64,000 nucleotides of DNA from Squalus acanthias (lineage: Eukaryota): positions 40,302,001 through 40,366,000 of the forward strand of contig CM059432.1 of the NCBI GenBank assembly GCA_030390025.1. Direction: 5' to 3'. Below, one piece after another: positions 50,750 through 64,000 of this stretch (position 1 is the first letter of the stretch; the number at the start of each line of letters is the position of its first letter). The notes beneath the pieces are model-generated. The model was not told where the DNA came from. It did not search any database and saw only the letters and a program-made list of their open reading frames with translations. The translations under genes and the position numbers were made by a program.

Positions 50750-52070
50750 CTGAAACATTTGAAAGAAATTAATATATCGGAACATCGATAAACAGAGAAC
50801 AGTTAAACCATGATTTCATATATTCTTCAATCGCCTTTAAATCTACACTACCTTAGTAATAAAAACCACATTAAAATAAAAAACGCCAATTAGTGAATTA
50901 TTGTGCTGATGAAAGTGTAGATGTCAGTGCTTGGAAATTAGAAGAGCCTTAACTGCTACTCTGATGACCTAGTGTTTAACCCATGAATAGCTGATCCATA
51001 CCAGGAAGGTCCCTGGTTCATAAGAACATAAGAATTAGGAGCAGGAGTAGACCATATGGCCTTGAGAGCCATTCAATAAGATCATGGCTGATCTTCAACC
51101 TCAATTCCACTTTCCCACCCGATCCCCATATCCCTTGATTCTCTTAGAGTCCAAAAATCTATTGATTTCAACCTTGAATATTCTCAACAACTGCGCATCC
51201 ACAGCCAGGGGTAGAGAATTCCAAATTGGTCTGTATGGAGTTACCTAATCTGACCTGCTGTGTCAGTAGGGGTGTTATGGCTGGCCCTCACCAGGTAAGG
51301 GATAGAATAATCAGCAAATGTGCCTGCTCCTGATGTCTATGCAGCAACCAGCTGGAAATGCACATGGACGAATTTTATGCAAGACAGAATCGGCTGCAAT
51401 GGCAAAACAACTACAAAACTCCTACTACTTTCTCACATGTCCAGTACAGATGATCAAACCACTTTGGCTAAGGGTACATCTTATATCCCTAAAGAACAAT
51501 AAATGCAGACACTCCTGCCCTTTAAGAAACGGACACAGGTTGTGGGTGTACCGGGTCAGACTGCACCCCATATCATGCAAGTCTTTGGATCCTGTGAGCC
51601 TGAATGAACTCAGAAAATCAGAGAGAGGCAATTCTACTGACTATAAATGTTACAAATTGAGCATGGTGGGACACAAAGCAATGAATTGCTAGTCTGAGTG
51701 GAGGTCTCGGGTGCAGTAGGGGAGACAGCGTGCTGCCACGAGACATGGGATTGTCAACATCAATTGCATGGAATATGGTGCAGTACTTACACATTATCAC
51801 TGCGCATGAGCAGCAAACTGAAGGCTTACGTATATAGGGTATAATCTGACCCCGGTACACTCGCAACCAGTGTCAGTTTCTAGATGGCAAGAGCACTTGC
51901 ATTCATGGTATTTTGGGAGCAAAAGATGTACCCTTAGCCAGTGTGGTTAGATTATCTACTGTGGGTGGGTGAGAAAGAAGTAGGAGTTATTCATTATGCA
52001 TTGCTGAAACTCTCAACTTTGAAAAGAGGAATGCTTCTATGCTTTTATTTAATAAAATGTCATACTAATA

Positions 52071-52074
<4 letters not shown>

Positions 52075-52111
<37 letters not shown>
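52075..52111. repeat. (TA)n microsatellite
   Basis: Directly visible perfect run of about 18 units. Confidence 0.97.
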
Positions 52112-52121
<10 letters not shown>

Positions 52122-52594
52122 TTGAGAATTAGGCTGAAAATGTATACAATTCAAAACAGCATAACCAAAATGATGCAGTTTACTAAATTTTAGCTTTGAT
52201 ATGAGACCATGTGGCAAATAAAGTACTGAAATTACTGTGCATATGTTACTCTAATGAAATGTATACTGTATATAGATTTTTATTTGTGTAAATCTAAGGA
52301 AGTGTCATATAGCTTTTTTTTCCATGTGCAAGAAGACAGTGAGCATTAGCAGATTATTCAACTGTAGGATGCATCACAGCAAAGCCAATTCTCAATCCAT
52401 AAGTGCATTTTCCATCAGGAGTCAAAAGCCACTTCTGAAGTCTCCCTAACCCAGTGGTACAGAGATGAATTATAGCATACACTCAGCTATCTTGGCTGGT
52501 AACAGTAATCTCAGCAGACCAGAGACTGAACCCAGGATATACTCGGTCTATATGGCTCAGTATCACATACAGAGTAGCGTGGTTACCACCTGAT

Positions 52595-55255
52595 GTGGAG
52601 GTGTCCAGGACACGGCCAGTGGGCTGAATTTCACCTGCAAGCTCTTTTACCTGGCCTTTCAACATGTATGTCACAAATTATGCAGGTTGTTAAAGAAAGT
52701 AAAACCTGTGAAGTGGCATGAAAAGACCAAACACAAAGCAAAATTTGGTGGGAGAGAGATTTGTGCAGTGAGATGGTTGGTGAACTGAAAAAGCAACTCC
52801 TTTGGCAGTGCCCTGTTTTCCTGCAGGCAAAGTGCGATATGAATACACTAGCCTACCTAGTTTTGTTGTGGTGCGCAACAGCAAAGTCCTCCTCTGATGG
52901 TGCTTTTGTGAAGAGTTGTGTGGAGACCATAGCAGAATTGTCCATAGAAGACATATGTCTGCCAGTATTAGCTCATTGTGCAACACAATCCAGCGAAAGA
53001 TGTCTCACAGCAACTGATTCAAAAGGCTCCAAATTGTGTCTGGTGCAGCCTTCCTATGGTTTTATATAGTACAGCCTTACTACAGATGAAAGCACTCAAT
53101 GGGAAACTGTTCATCTTTGAGAAAGGAGTTAATAACTCCTTCAACATGTTAGAAGTACTCATGCACTCATTGCTTTGGAGAGCACCCAGGGGCCACTAAA
53201 GATAAAAGTCTATAATTACCATATTTAAAAGTAACCCATTGCATTGTAACCCATCTGAATCTCCTGTGGACCACTGACGAAGCTGCAGCCATGCTGTTCA
53301 GCTGTTGTTACGAAGGTAACCAATGAAGGCATGTGCTGCCTTTTGAGTTACCATTATCCACAGAAATGGAGACAGCATTGCATAAATTGCCATTATTTGT
53401 GTTGTAGGTGTACTGACCAACTCATCAGCCACCACTACTTTTTTTTATTCGTTTATGGGATGTGGGCGTCGCTGGCAAGGCCAGCATTTATTGGCCATCC
53501 TTAATTGTCCTCGAGAAGGTGGTGGTGAGCCGTCTTCTTGAACCGCTGCAGTCCGTGTGGTGAAGGTACTCCCACAGTGCTGTTATGTAGGGAGTTCCAG
53601 GATTTTGACCCAGCGGCGATGAAGGATCGGCGATATACTTCTAAGTCAGGATGGTGTGTGACTAGGAGGGGAACTTGGAGGTGGTGGTGTTCCCATGCGC
53701 CTGCTGCCCTTGTCCTTCTAGGTGGAAGAGGTCGCGGGTTTAGGCAGTGCTGCTGAAGAAGCCTTGGCGAGTTGCTGCAGTGCATCTTGTAGATGGCACA
53801 CACTACAGCCACGGTATGCTGGTGGTGGAGGGAGTGAATGTTTAAGGTGGTGGATGGGGTGCCAATCAAGCGGGCTGCTTTGTCCTGGTGTCGAGCTTCT
53901 TGTGTTGTTGGAGCTGCACTCATCCAGGCAAGTGGAGAGTATTCCATCACACTCCTTACTTGTGCCTTGTAGATGGTGGAAAGGCTTTGGGGAGTCAGAG
54001 GTGAGACACTCGCCGCAGAATACCTAGCCTCTGACCTGCTCTTGTTGCCACAGTATTTATGTGGCTGGTCCAGTTAAGTTTCTGGTCAATCGTCAATCTA
54101 CAGCCAGTCATCGATGGCCACGGTTATCGAGATGATCAACTTCATTCAAGCAAGAAGCTTGCACCAAAGCCAATTTCAAAATCCACTGGAGAAGTTAACT
54201 ACACCACACAAGGATCTGCTGTACCACAATGATGTACACTGGCTCAGTTGTGGGATGGTGCTGAAGTAGTTCTTTGAATTGAGTCATAAAATACACCTCT
54301 TCATGGAGCAGAAGACCCTTAGCAGATCTCCGTGACGAGTCAAGGTTAATGGACTTTGCATTTTTAGTGGACTTCATAAGCCACTTGAATCTTCTCTATA
54401 AGAAGCTGCAAGCGGTTGTAACAGGACCGTTCAGCCATATGCGTGCTCATGAGACTAAGCTCTGATGCTTGCAAGTCAGCTGGTGTATAGTTAGCCCTAA
54501 CCTTCATATTCTGTTGTTGAAAAACGCTGCAGAGGCCTATTATCTGTGTACGTTATACTTCAAGGCACATGACCTGCGAGTTTGCTAGTCGTTTTCAAGA
54601 CTTCTGTGACAGACGGCCAGAACTGGAGATGTTTGGAAATCCTTTTACTGTCAACGTTGCATGTGCCCCATCATAGATTCAAACAGAACTGAATAAGTGT
54701 CAATTGAATGAGCAGCTGAAGAGCAGGGTTGATGTGGGTGCGTCGGTTTTCTCAGAGTTCCTACCAGAGGAGTTGGAGGCCTGTGTCGTGCTCAGTGTGT
54801 GTTGCCATTATTCAACAGCACATATGGCGCAAACACATTTTTTCACAAATGATTTTATAGAATCATTTGTTTTTGCTAAAAGCTCATCTGCAGGATGTCT
54901 TCCAGTTGTCCATGACAAAGCTGGTACCATGAATAAAGCATCTGGTGAAGCAGAAGCAAGCCGAGATCTGGCACTGGAGAAACAAACCAATAGTGCTATG
55001 CAACAAATGATTGTCTAATGAACGTAAATATCTTCTGTTGCAAATATAAAACACAGATTTTGCATGAAAACAGGTTCTGAAGGTATGTATGGCTATTTGC
55101 CCAATAGATAAATAAATGTGTTATTAGAGAAGCAATTGATTGTTAAATTTGGCATTTGATCCTGATTCTGACCCCAAAGTGTTTCAGTCATATGTGGCCC
55201 ACTTACTGGCTGTGGTAGATGGATTAGTCCTCTGCTCCAAAATGTTGGGAACATC
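52595..55255 (+). mobile_element. Fossil hAT (SPIN/Buster, GTF2IRD2-like) DNA transposon
   Basis: Collinear decayed transposase motifs: SDGAFVKSC, LFIFEKGVN, TTDEAAAM, QFQNPLE..DLLYHNDVHWLSCG (54171-54254), DFAFLVDFISHLNLLYKKLQ and FNSTY; left end ggtgtccaggacacggcc; ends approximate. Confidence 0.72.
53438..54090 (-). mobile_element. HER1-like LINE 3' portion nested in the hAT fossil
   Basis: ORF 53501-53950 is near-identical to 59646-60203; poly-T marks the tail at about 53438. Confidence 0.8.
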
Positions 55256-57014
55256 TATATCAACGTACCAACGGTTGATTTCTTCTGTTACTTTCCTAGC
55301 ATTGCAAACACTGATGCTTCACTCAAGTCAGGGATGATTTTGTAATGGTCACAACTCACGTGGAAAATTCAAATATTTAGAGAGCTAAGTTTAAATGTTC
55401 TTTGAGAATCACATGTATTAAAAAAAACTTCTGCAAGTTACAAGTGCTAGTAACACTGCTTGCCTTTGTGATAGTGTATAATTAATTGCTCAGACAAAAG
55501 ATATAATAATTAATATAAACAGCTGTACCATATTTGCAAAATGCTATCTGGTTTATTCAACTAATACCAATAAAATAAAACAGTGAATATAGAATAAAGC
55601 TAAACTTTGCACACGATTTCACAAAACTACTTAACTCTGGTGCAGTAGCTAGTATTAACCTCAAAGTGTCAGAGTGGGTTGGGGAGAGAAAAGAAAGGAC
55701 AGATAGTGTGGGGAAATAGAAAATGTGTTTTGTGGAGCCAAACATAATTTTGGATTAAAATCAAAACATTTTACAAGTTCAGAATATAAATTTTGCAGAT
55801 GCCAACTATGAATAAAATGTGCTGGAAGCTGCAAAGATATTCAGTGTCATTTTCACCTCGACAAAATTTTAACTACAGTGCAAACACAAAGCAAAAAAAG
55901 TGCTTTTTCTGTAGATCATAAACAGCCGGCCAAGTGTTCCGTTTACCTTCTCTTAGCATGGCTGAATGACGCGATGACATTTTACCACGAGGGTACACTG
56001 TAAAAGAGAATAAAATGGTGGCCTCCTGTGCAAAAACTGAGTCAGATCTTAATGCACAGAGGGAATTTAATGCAAAATGATATTGTTGGCACCAATCAGG
56101 ATTGCAATACCAGCAGCAGGACATACATTTTTAACACTGTTAAATTGTTAATCACAGAAGATATTTTGAACATCAGAAAACTAAAGCTAATGTTAATTGA
56201 AATGCACAACTCATAGATGAAGGAAAATAATACATCATGGCTTTGAAAACACCAAAAACAAGAAAAAAAATCATCCTAGCCTCACCCCTCCCTATCTCTG
56301 TAACCTCCTCTAGCCCAAAAGCTATCCCTGAACTCGGTTCTGACTCTAACCTTGTGAATCTCTCCTCTCACCCCACCATTTGCAGTAGTGCTGTCAGCTG
56401 CCTAAGCTCCAGGCTCCTAAACTTCTCTGTCTCTCCACCTCCCACTCCTCCTTTTAACCTTCCTTAAAATCCATCTATTTGACCAAGCATTTTTTGATGC
56501 CTTCTAATATGGCTCAGCATCCATATTTTGATTGTGCCTCTGTGAAGTGACTTGGGTATTTTCTTATGTTAAAGGCACTATATAAATGCAGGTTGTTGTT
56601 CCTGCTGTAGCTACAGTCATTTAACTCAATTTGTCCAACGAGGTTAAGACAGACCTCAGAACAAAAGAACAGAATGAAATATTTTTTACTTTACACAATC
56701 TATTTTTGTGAAGCATATTGTGATTTACTTTACTGTCTCCATCCATTTAAAACCGAACAGAACACCGCAGAGTGCTCTATAACTGTGATCAACTCTATTA
56801 TGTGATTGGTCAACAATAGTCATATTTTAATTGGAGACAAGCAGGACAATTATTACAAAAGAAACTGGTAAACCAAGTTTTATTAAACATTCAAAACAGG
56901 CTTCAAGATGGCATAGATGCACAACAGAAGCACAGTCTTCCTAATCACAGCATTCACACTGCAAACCAAGCTCAGAAGCCACAAGTTAAATGATGGGGAG
57001 AGGGTCCAGATGAT

Positions 57015-57850
57015 AATCATAGAATGGTTACAGCACAGGAGGCCACCATTTGGCCCGTCGAGCCCGTGCCGGCTCTCTGCAAGAGCATTTCAGCTCATCC
57101 CACTCGCCCGCCTTTTCCCCACAGCCCTGCAAATTTTTTGCCATCAGGTACTTATCCAATTCCCTTTTGAAAGCCACGATTGAGTCTGTTTCCACCACCC
57201 TTTCAGGCAGTGCATTCCAGATCCTAACCACTCACTGCGTAAAAAGATTTTTCCTCATGTCGCCTTTGGTTCTTTTGCCAATCACCTTGAATCTGTGCCC
57301 TCTGGTTCTCGACTGTTCCGCCAATGGGAACAGTTTCTCTCTATCTACTCTGTCCGGACCCCTCATGATTTTGAATACCTCTATCAAATCTCCTCTCAAC
57401 CTTCTCTGCTCTAAGGAGAACAACCCCAGCTTCGCTAGTCTACCCACTGCATACCTTCCTCCAGTCCGAAAAAGAACCATTCACTACTACTCTCTGTTTC
57501 CTGTCACTTAGCCAATTTCGTATCCATGCTGCCACTGTCCCTTTTATTCCATGAGCTTCAACTTTGCTGGTAAGCCTATTATGTGGCACTTTATCAAATG
57601 TCTTTTGGAAGTCCATATACACCACGTCAACTGCATTGCCCTCATCAACCCTCTCTGTTACCTCATCAAAAAACTCGATCAAGTTAGTTAAACACGATTT
57701 GCCTTTAACAAATCCGTGCTGGCTTTCCTTAATTAATCCACACTTGTCCAAGTGACTGTTAATTTTATCCCTGATTATTGTTTCCAAAAGCTTCCCCACT
57801 ACTGAGGTTAAACTGACTGGCCTGTAGTTTCTGGGTTTATCCTTACACCC
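57015..57850 (-). mobile_element. CR1 with large internal deletion
   Basis: RT N-part (SQHGFVKGKSCLTNLIEFF, MDFQKTFDKVPH) joined directly to the ORF2 C-terminus and tail at about 57445. Confidence 0.85.
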
Positions 57851-58294
57851 ATAAGGGAAGATTTAATTAGATGCAATGGTTTGTCAGTGTGCATTTTAAT
57901 TATTTTTTTAAAAATAGATAAAAAGTTTTGTATAATTACCATTCTTTCCCCCTCAAGTTTTTTTAAACCACAAACCATCACTGATCAAGATGTTGAACTG
58001 GTGGCCTGGTCACAGATCTCCGTATACATCATTCTGGAGCTGACTATTGGGGAGGTCCATAAAGTGGCCAGAGGGCAATTTTTCCTCAGAATTTTCCTCT
58101 TTATTGGAGGCAACTAGCCTCAGTTTAGCATTTCTCTTACAACAGACAGCTGAGATTTCCAAGTCGCCATGTGAAGAACCACTGGTTTGAATCCACACCC
58201 GAACAATCCTGGGCACAGCCTGTGTTACCGTGCCATCCTACATAAAGTTGAATTTTTATATTTTGAAAGTCAGCTTAAAAAAGTCTTCCCCTAC

Positions 58295-58496
58295 CTGGTA
58301 GCCTCATCTCAAGGTAACCTCGAACCCGGCTCACAAGGTCAGCTGGTGGACGCTCTCCTGCACTTTCCGTCCCTGCTTTGTGAGCACTGATGTCCAAGAG
58401 TAGTATCTCATTGAGCATAACCTGCCGAAGCTTTGGAGAAAACTCTGTAACCAGTTCTAGGCAGGTGGAATAGAGCTGTTGTGCATGAGTGAAATC
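58295..58496 (-). CDS. INTS8: INTS8 exon
   Basis: tttcag|DFTHAQQLYSTCLELVTEFSPKLRQVMLNEILLLDISAHKAGTESAGERPPADLVSRVRGYLEMRLP|gtaggg; 202 bp. Confidence 0.95.
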
Positions 58497-59599
58497 CTGA
58501 AAAGAAAAGGAAGCAATTTAAACATTTCACTCATCTGAAACTAATCCTCTCAGGTGGACTGTTCCTAGAACAAGAGCTAGTGCAAAAGAACAAGACTGAT
58601 AACACGGTGGAGCCCTTGTACAATCAATTACAATTTGCCAGACAATCTTCATCTCAAGCGGTATTTGATTAAATAGCTGTACCTTGGGGTTTTCCTGTGA
58701 CAATGAAAAGTTGCTGAGATACCTTTGTCTAACTATCTGATACAACTGTACACAGCAAGCACTATGCTCCCAGACTTAATTGGAAGTTGATTGTATGTCA
58801 CCAAAGACCTGATTTAAATCTGAGTTGAAGATTATTCTTTTAATCTATTATGGTAGGAGGAAAGACAGAAAAGAATGTGATGGATGGACCTGAAGCAGCT
58901 TTTTAAAGCTAACTAATCACTATTCATTCAGTATTAAAACACATTCCTTGAAATATTTCCCATTTGTGGTCCCAAACAGGTAGTCTAGGATGTTCAAAAG
59001 TCCTAAATTATAACACTTATTTATGGATTACATGTGACAGTACACATTTCAAACATGTCTGTCATAACTCTCGAGTAACTGAATCATAATAATTTAGTAA
59101 ACTTAGTGGTATTTGGCAGCAACGGGTTTACGTGCCGTCATCTCTTAAAGCTTTGAATCATCTCTACTGACTAAAAAGATTCGCAATGAAATTATTTGCA
59201 ACAGTCTCAGCCCAGTTCGGTTATCATGAGCTATTAGAACTAAAGTGTTGATTTGGCAAATGGAAACGTAACAATATATGCTATTTTGAGGTTGGTATAA
59301 GGGCATGATACTGCAACAGAGTAGAGGGATCTTTATTCCTTCTTCTTTAGGAATGGGAAAAAAAAGTGTAAAACAAATGTTATTCCCAATATGAGTTACA
59401 AAATAAAATTAAATAGCTGCTCAAGTACTTTTGACGTAAAACCAATTAACTACTACATACTTTTAGTTAAAGTAGTAGATATGCCTAAATGCCCTTCCTT
59501 AATCATGTAAAATGTTTGCTGAGAATCAAAAATAGATAAGGAGCCAATTAAATACTTTTTGCACAACTTCATTTACCCAAAATTCAGAACCATACTCCT

Positions 59600-60612
59600 A
59601 TGGGATGTGGGCGTCGCTGGCAAGGCCAGCATTTATTGCCCATCCCTAATTGCCCTTGAGGAGGTGGTGGTGAGCCGCCTTCTTGAACCACTGCAGTCCG
59701 TGTGGTGAAGGTACTCCCACAGTGCTGTTATGTAGGAAGTTCCAGGATTTTGACCCAGCGACGATGAAGGATTGGCGATATATTTCAAAGTCAGGATGAT
59801 GTGTGACTTGGATGGGAACTTGGAGGTGGTGGTGTTCCCATGTGTGTGCTGCCCTTGTCCTTCTAGGTGGAAAAGGTGGCGGGTTTGGGAGGTGCTGCCG
59901 AAGAAGCCTTGGCGAGTTGCTCCAGTGCATCTTGTAGATGGTACACACTGCAACCACGGTACGCCGGTGGTGGAGGGAGTGGATGTTTAAGGTGGCAGAG
60001 GGGGTGCCAATCAAGCGGGCTGCTTTGTCCTGGATGGTGTCGAGCTTCTTGAGTGTTGTTGGAGCTGCACTCATCCAGGCAAGCGGAGAGTATTCCATCA
60101 CACTCCTTATTTGTGCCTTGTAGATGGTAAAAAGGCTTTGGGGAGTCAGGAGGCGAGACACTCGCCACAGAATACCTAGCCTCTGACCTGCTCTTGTTGC
60201 CACAGCATTTATGTGGCTGGTCCAGTTAAGTTTCTGGTCAATAGTGACCCCCAGGATGTTGATGGTGGGGATTTGGTGATGGTAATGCCATTGAATGTCA
60301 AGGGGCGGTGTTTAGACTCTCGCTTGTTGGAGATAGTCATTGTCTGGCACTTCTGTGGCACGAATGTTACCTGCCACTTATCAGCCCAAGCCTGAACGTC
60401 ATCCAGGTCTTGTTGCATGCGGGCATGGACTGCTTCATTATCTGAGGAGTTCTGAATTGCACTGAACACTGTGCAGTCATCAGTGAACATCTCCATTTCT
60501 GACCTTATGTTGGAGGGAAGGTCATTGATGAAGCAGCTGAAGATGGTTGGGCCTAGGACACTGCCCTGAGGAACTCCTGCAGCAATGTCCTGGGGCTGTG
60601 ATGATTGACCTT
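59600..60612 (-). mobile_element. HER1-like LINE (RT to tail)
   Basis: [29 protein letters not shown] and IYKAQIRSVMEYSPLAW. Confidence 0.82.
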
Positions 60613-60619
60613 CAATCAT

Positions 60620-61258
60620 ATGGGATCTGGGATCTTGGGCTTCATAAATAGAGATATTGAGTACAAAAGTAGAGAAGTTATGCTGAACCTTTATAAAGCG
60701 CTGGTTAGGCCACAACTGGAGTATTGCGTCCAGTTCTGGTCACCACACTTTAGGAAGGATGTGAAGGCCCTCGAGAGGGTGCAGAGGAGGTTTACCAGAA
60801 TGGTTCCGGGGATGGGGGATCTTAGCTACAAGGACAGGTTGGAGAAGCTGGATTTGTTTTCATGGGAGCAAAGGAGGTTGAGGGGTGATTTGATAGAGGT
60901 GTAGAAGATTATGACAGGTTTGGATAGGCTAGACTGGGAAAGGCTGTTCCCACTAGTTGATGGTACAAGGACTAGGGAACACAGATTTAAGGTTTTGGGC
61001 AAGAGATACAGGGGGGATGTGAGGGAAAACTTTTTTACGCAGCGAGTGGTGATGACCTAGAATTCGCTGCCGACGGAAGTGGTGGAAGCGGAGACACTCA
61101 ATGTTTTTAAGGGGAGACTGGATAGGCACTTGAGGGAAATAAACTTGCAGGGCTACGGGGATAGAGCAGGGGAATGGGACTGACTGGATTGCTCAACAGA
61201 GAGCCGGCATGGACTCGATAGGCCGAATGGCCTCCTTCTGTGCCGTTATGACTATGAC
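60620..61258 (+). mobile_element. CR1 3' fragment
   Basis: LYKALVRPQLEYCVQFWSPH; tail with tatgac repeats. Confidence 0.87.
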
Positions 61259-61599
61259 TCTACTCTTTTCAACTGCGCCGCAGGCTTTGGCCCTTCCCAT
61301 AGCTTTTTCAACTAAACAAAGTATAAGTGTCCCATGGCATGAAAAGGTAGAGGCTATGTTGTTTCATACTGCTGTGCCCCAGCAGTAATTGCCCATTCTG
61401 TTCGAGCAGAATTCAAGAGATGCCCCCACACAAGAGTTTGCTCCCATTATCTACCGCCCCCCAATCTCATAGGGCGTCTTTCTCCTCCCCAACACAGACT
61501 CTCTTTGCCCCAATTCATCAGGGTATTCCTCTCTCAATAGGTACTCTTTCTCCACTACCCACAACAGAGTAACAATGACTTGCCGCACTTCATCGGTTC

Positions 61600-62160
61600 A
61601 TCATAGAATCTTACAGCACAGAAGGAGGCCATTCAGCCTGCCGTGCCTGTGCTGGCTCTTTGAAAGAGCAGTCGTGCTTAGTCCTACATTCCCGCTTTTT
61701 GTCCGTAACCCTGCAAGTTCCTCATCCTCAAGTACCTGTCCAACTTCCTTTTAAAATGATTTATGGAATCAGCTTCCACCACATTTTCAGGTAGAGCGTT
61801 CCAGATCCCGACAACACTCTGAAAAAATTTCTCCTCATCTTCCCTCTAGATCTTTTGCCAATGATTTTGAATCTATGATCTCTAGTTATCGACCCACTCG
61901 CCAGAGGGAATTATTTTTCTCTATCAACTCTATCCAAACCTCTCAAACTTGAAAATCTCTACTAGGTTGCCTCTTAATCTTCTAGAATAGTCCTAACTTT
62001 TCCAGCCTCTCCTCATAACTCAAGTTCCCCCATCCATGGTAACATCCTGGTAAACCTCCTCTGTACTCATTCTAAGGCCTTGACATTTTTCCTGAAGTAT
62101 GGCGCCCAGAATTGTCCACAATGCTCCAGCTGAGGCCTAACCAGTGATTTAAAAAGTTCT
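61600..62160 (-). mobile_element. CR1 3' fragment, decayed
   Basis: Tail catagaatcttacagcacagaaggaggccattcagc and ORF2 C-terminal remnant. Confidence 0.8.
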
Positions 62161-62464
62161 AATCATATGATACACTAACTGAACACGTTCTTATTTCTGT
62201 TGAAGATGATTAACATTTGAGCCACCTCAGTTTCACTCCAGCAGCAGCAAAGTGATCCTCCAGGATTAGCCCAGTTAAAATGCTGTTGGGCGGCTCATAG
62301 ATAATACTGCTGGAGGCGACATTCAATAATGATTCCCCGCCTCAGCCTCTGAAACCCTTCTTGTGAGACGTGAATGTGACTGTGGTAAAAAACCAGGTGA
62401 GCATTAGGAAGGCTCTGAAAATGGTGGGCAGGTGAAAATCATGAATTATTGGGGATGGGGAGAG

Positions 62465-62752
62465 GGTGAGTCTCAGAATAAGGGGTAGGCCATTTAGGAC
62501 TGAGATGAGGAGAAATTTCTTCACTCAAAGGCTTGCGAATCTTTAGAATTCTCTACCCCAGAGAGCTTTGGATGCTCAGCCATTAAGTATATTCAAGACA
62601 GAGATCGATAAATTTTTGGGAATTAAGGGATATGGGGATAGTGCGGGAAGGTGGAGTTGAGGTAGATGATCAGTCATGATCTTGTTGAATGGCGGAACAG
62701 GCTTGAAGGGCCAAATGGCCTACTCCAGCTCCTATTTCTTATGTTCTTATGT
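62465..62752 (+). mobile_element. CR1 3' fragment
   Basis: Matches 33360-33640; ends in ttcttatg repeats. Confidence 0.8.
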
Positions 62753-63685
62753 GAGGGTGTCTAGAATATTCAGAAGCTCATCGTGATTCATCATGCTGTT
62801 GGCAGAAGAGAGGAAAATTTGTTTGAAACTATGTCTGAGTAAATTTTGAATTTTTTCGGGCGTTCATTTCGGAGTTGCTGATGTGCTAAATTTTATTCTT
62901 TGGGATATAGTGAACTGTCATTGCGCTTGCATCTCAACATTTTTTGCTGCAATGTGATTATGTAATTTTTTTGATGGAATGTGATTGGGAAGAAATGTTT
63001 TCACAGTATGACTGGTGAACAATAGAAAGTAGACAATAACCAATTAGAAATGAAAAACAGACAAAGCAACAAGGAAGAAAAGAAATGACCAAACAGCTCA
63101 ATATGCATGATGTAGACAACAAGCCTGATGCACATGAAGCAATACATGTTGTTAGAAAGATGCAGGTAAAGCAGTTTTCCATGCAGGAGTGGCTGGACTA
63201 GAATTCCAATTGAAACTGGCTTGCAACACTGGCAAGACAACTGGAAAAGTAATTTCATGCCCTGTTTTTTTTATTTTTGCCCTAATATCCATAGCAGTTG
63301 TTAAAACAATTTTGAAGCCTGTTATAGTAACTGTAAACAAGAAATATGAGCAATGATCATGAAAAATGCTCCCTTTACCCACCATGAAAAATGTGAATTG
63401 ATTCTGGCAAGTTGCACATAATAAAAATAAGCTCAAGTGTCACCAGAAGAATGTAAATAAATGCATGGAAACATTAATGCAAAGTAAAAGCACTAAGAAG
63501 TTTTAGAGCTTTTTTGGAGTCACAAAGTGAGTTTGTGCTATTTTAGTACACTTCAAAAGTACTTCATTGGCTGTAAAGTGCTTTGGGACGTTCGGTGGTC
63601 GTGAAAGGCACTATATAAATGCAAGTTTTTCTTTCTTTCTTAGTGTTTGCAAGCTATGCACAAACCTATGCAATTCAAGACTAAC

Positions 63686-63796
63686 CTTAATCGCAATGCA
63701 ATGTAGACCTTTAGCCATCAAGATATAAACCAAATCCCTGGTCAGATTATCCTTGATTCCAAGAATAACTCCGCCATAAACTGTTGGCACTTCCCA
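63686..63796 (-). CDS. INTS8: INTS8 exon
   Basis: tttcag|WEVPTVYGGVILGIKDNLTRDLVYILMAKGLHCIAIK|gttagt; 111 bp. Confidence 0.95.
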
Positions 63797-63906
63797 CTGA
63801 AACAAAAATGATTTCAGCTAAATATTACAAGATAAACATTGCAGATCAAAGCTTGCAGACTATTTACAATGGTCTAGCACCACTTTGGAAATGGTCAATT
63901 ACTTGC

Positions 63907-64000
63907 CTTGTTGGAAACAGTCCAGAATTGCCGATCTGATGTCATTCCATGTAGCTCAATTAGAATCTGTCGAATTCTCCCTGGGTCAACGGTTAGGATG
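63907..64000 (-). CDS. INTS8: INTS8 exon, truncated by window edge
   Basis: ILTVDPGRIRQILIELHGMTSDRQFWTVSNK|gcaagt; only the GC donor keeps frame with the next exon. Confidence 0.9.

Noticed and set aside
1..64000. CRISPR array, operon or other prokaryotic system
   Set aside because: Spliced vertebrate genes and eukaryotic TEs explain the window, and no regularly spaced direct repeats were seen.

Overview
Eukaryotic genomic DNA, very probably from a shark or ray (HE1-type SINEs, HER1-type LINE tails, DeuSINE copies and abundant CR1). Two intron-rich genes lie tail-to-tail. On the + strand are the last seven coding exons of cyclin E2 (CCNE2, 708-26409). On the - strand are the last fourteen coding exons of Integrator subunit 8 (INTS8, 64000 down to 28133; the first is cut by the window edge). 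All exons were assembled by hand, with splice phases that give uninterrupted reading frames. The INTS8 part contains one U12-type (minor spliceosome) intron and one GC-AG intron. Introns are filled with decayed and often nested transposons: CR1, HER1-like and L2 LINEs, SINEs, a hAT fossil, Harbinger-like remnants and MITEs, and Penelope-like elements (PLEs). The most unusual structure is a set of PLE copies carrying minimal hammerhead ribozyme motifs. Two of them are inverted-repeat insertions with clean target-site duplications that bracket an INTS8 exon. Repeat boundaries are approximate, family names come from recalled consensus features rather than database searches, and most short ORFs in the track are TE fragments or noise. 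I found no clearly novel protein-coding system.
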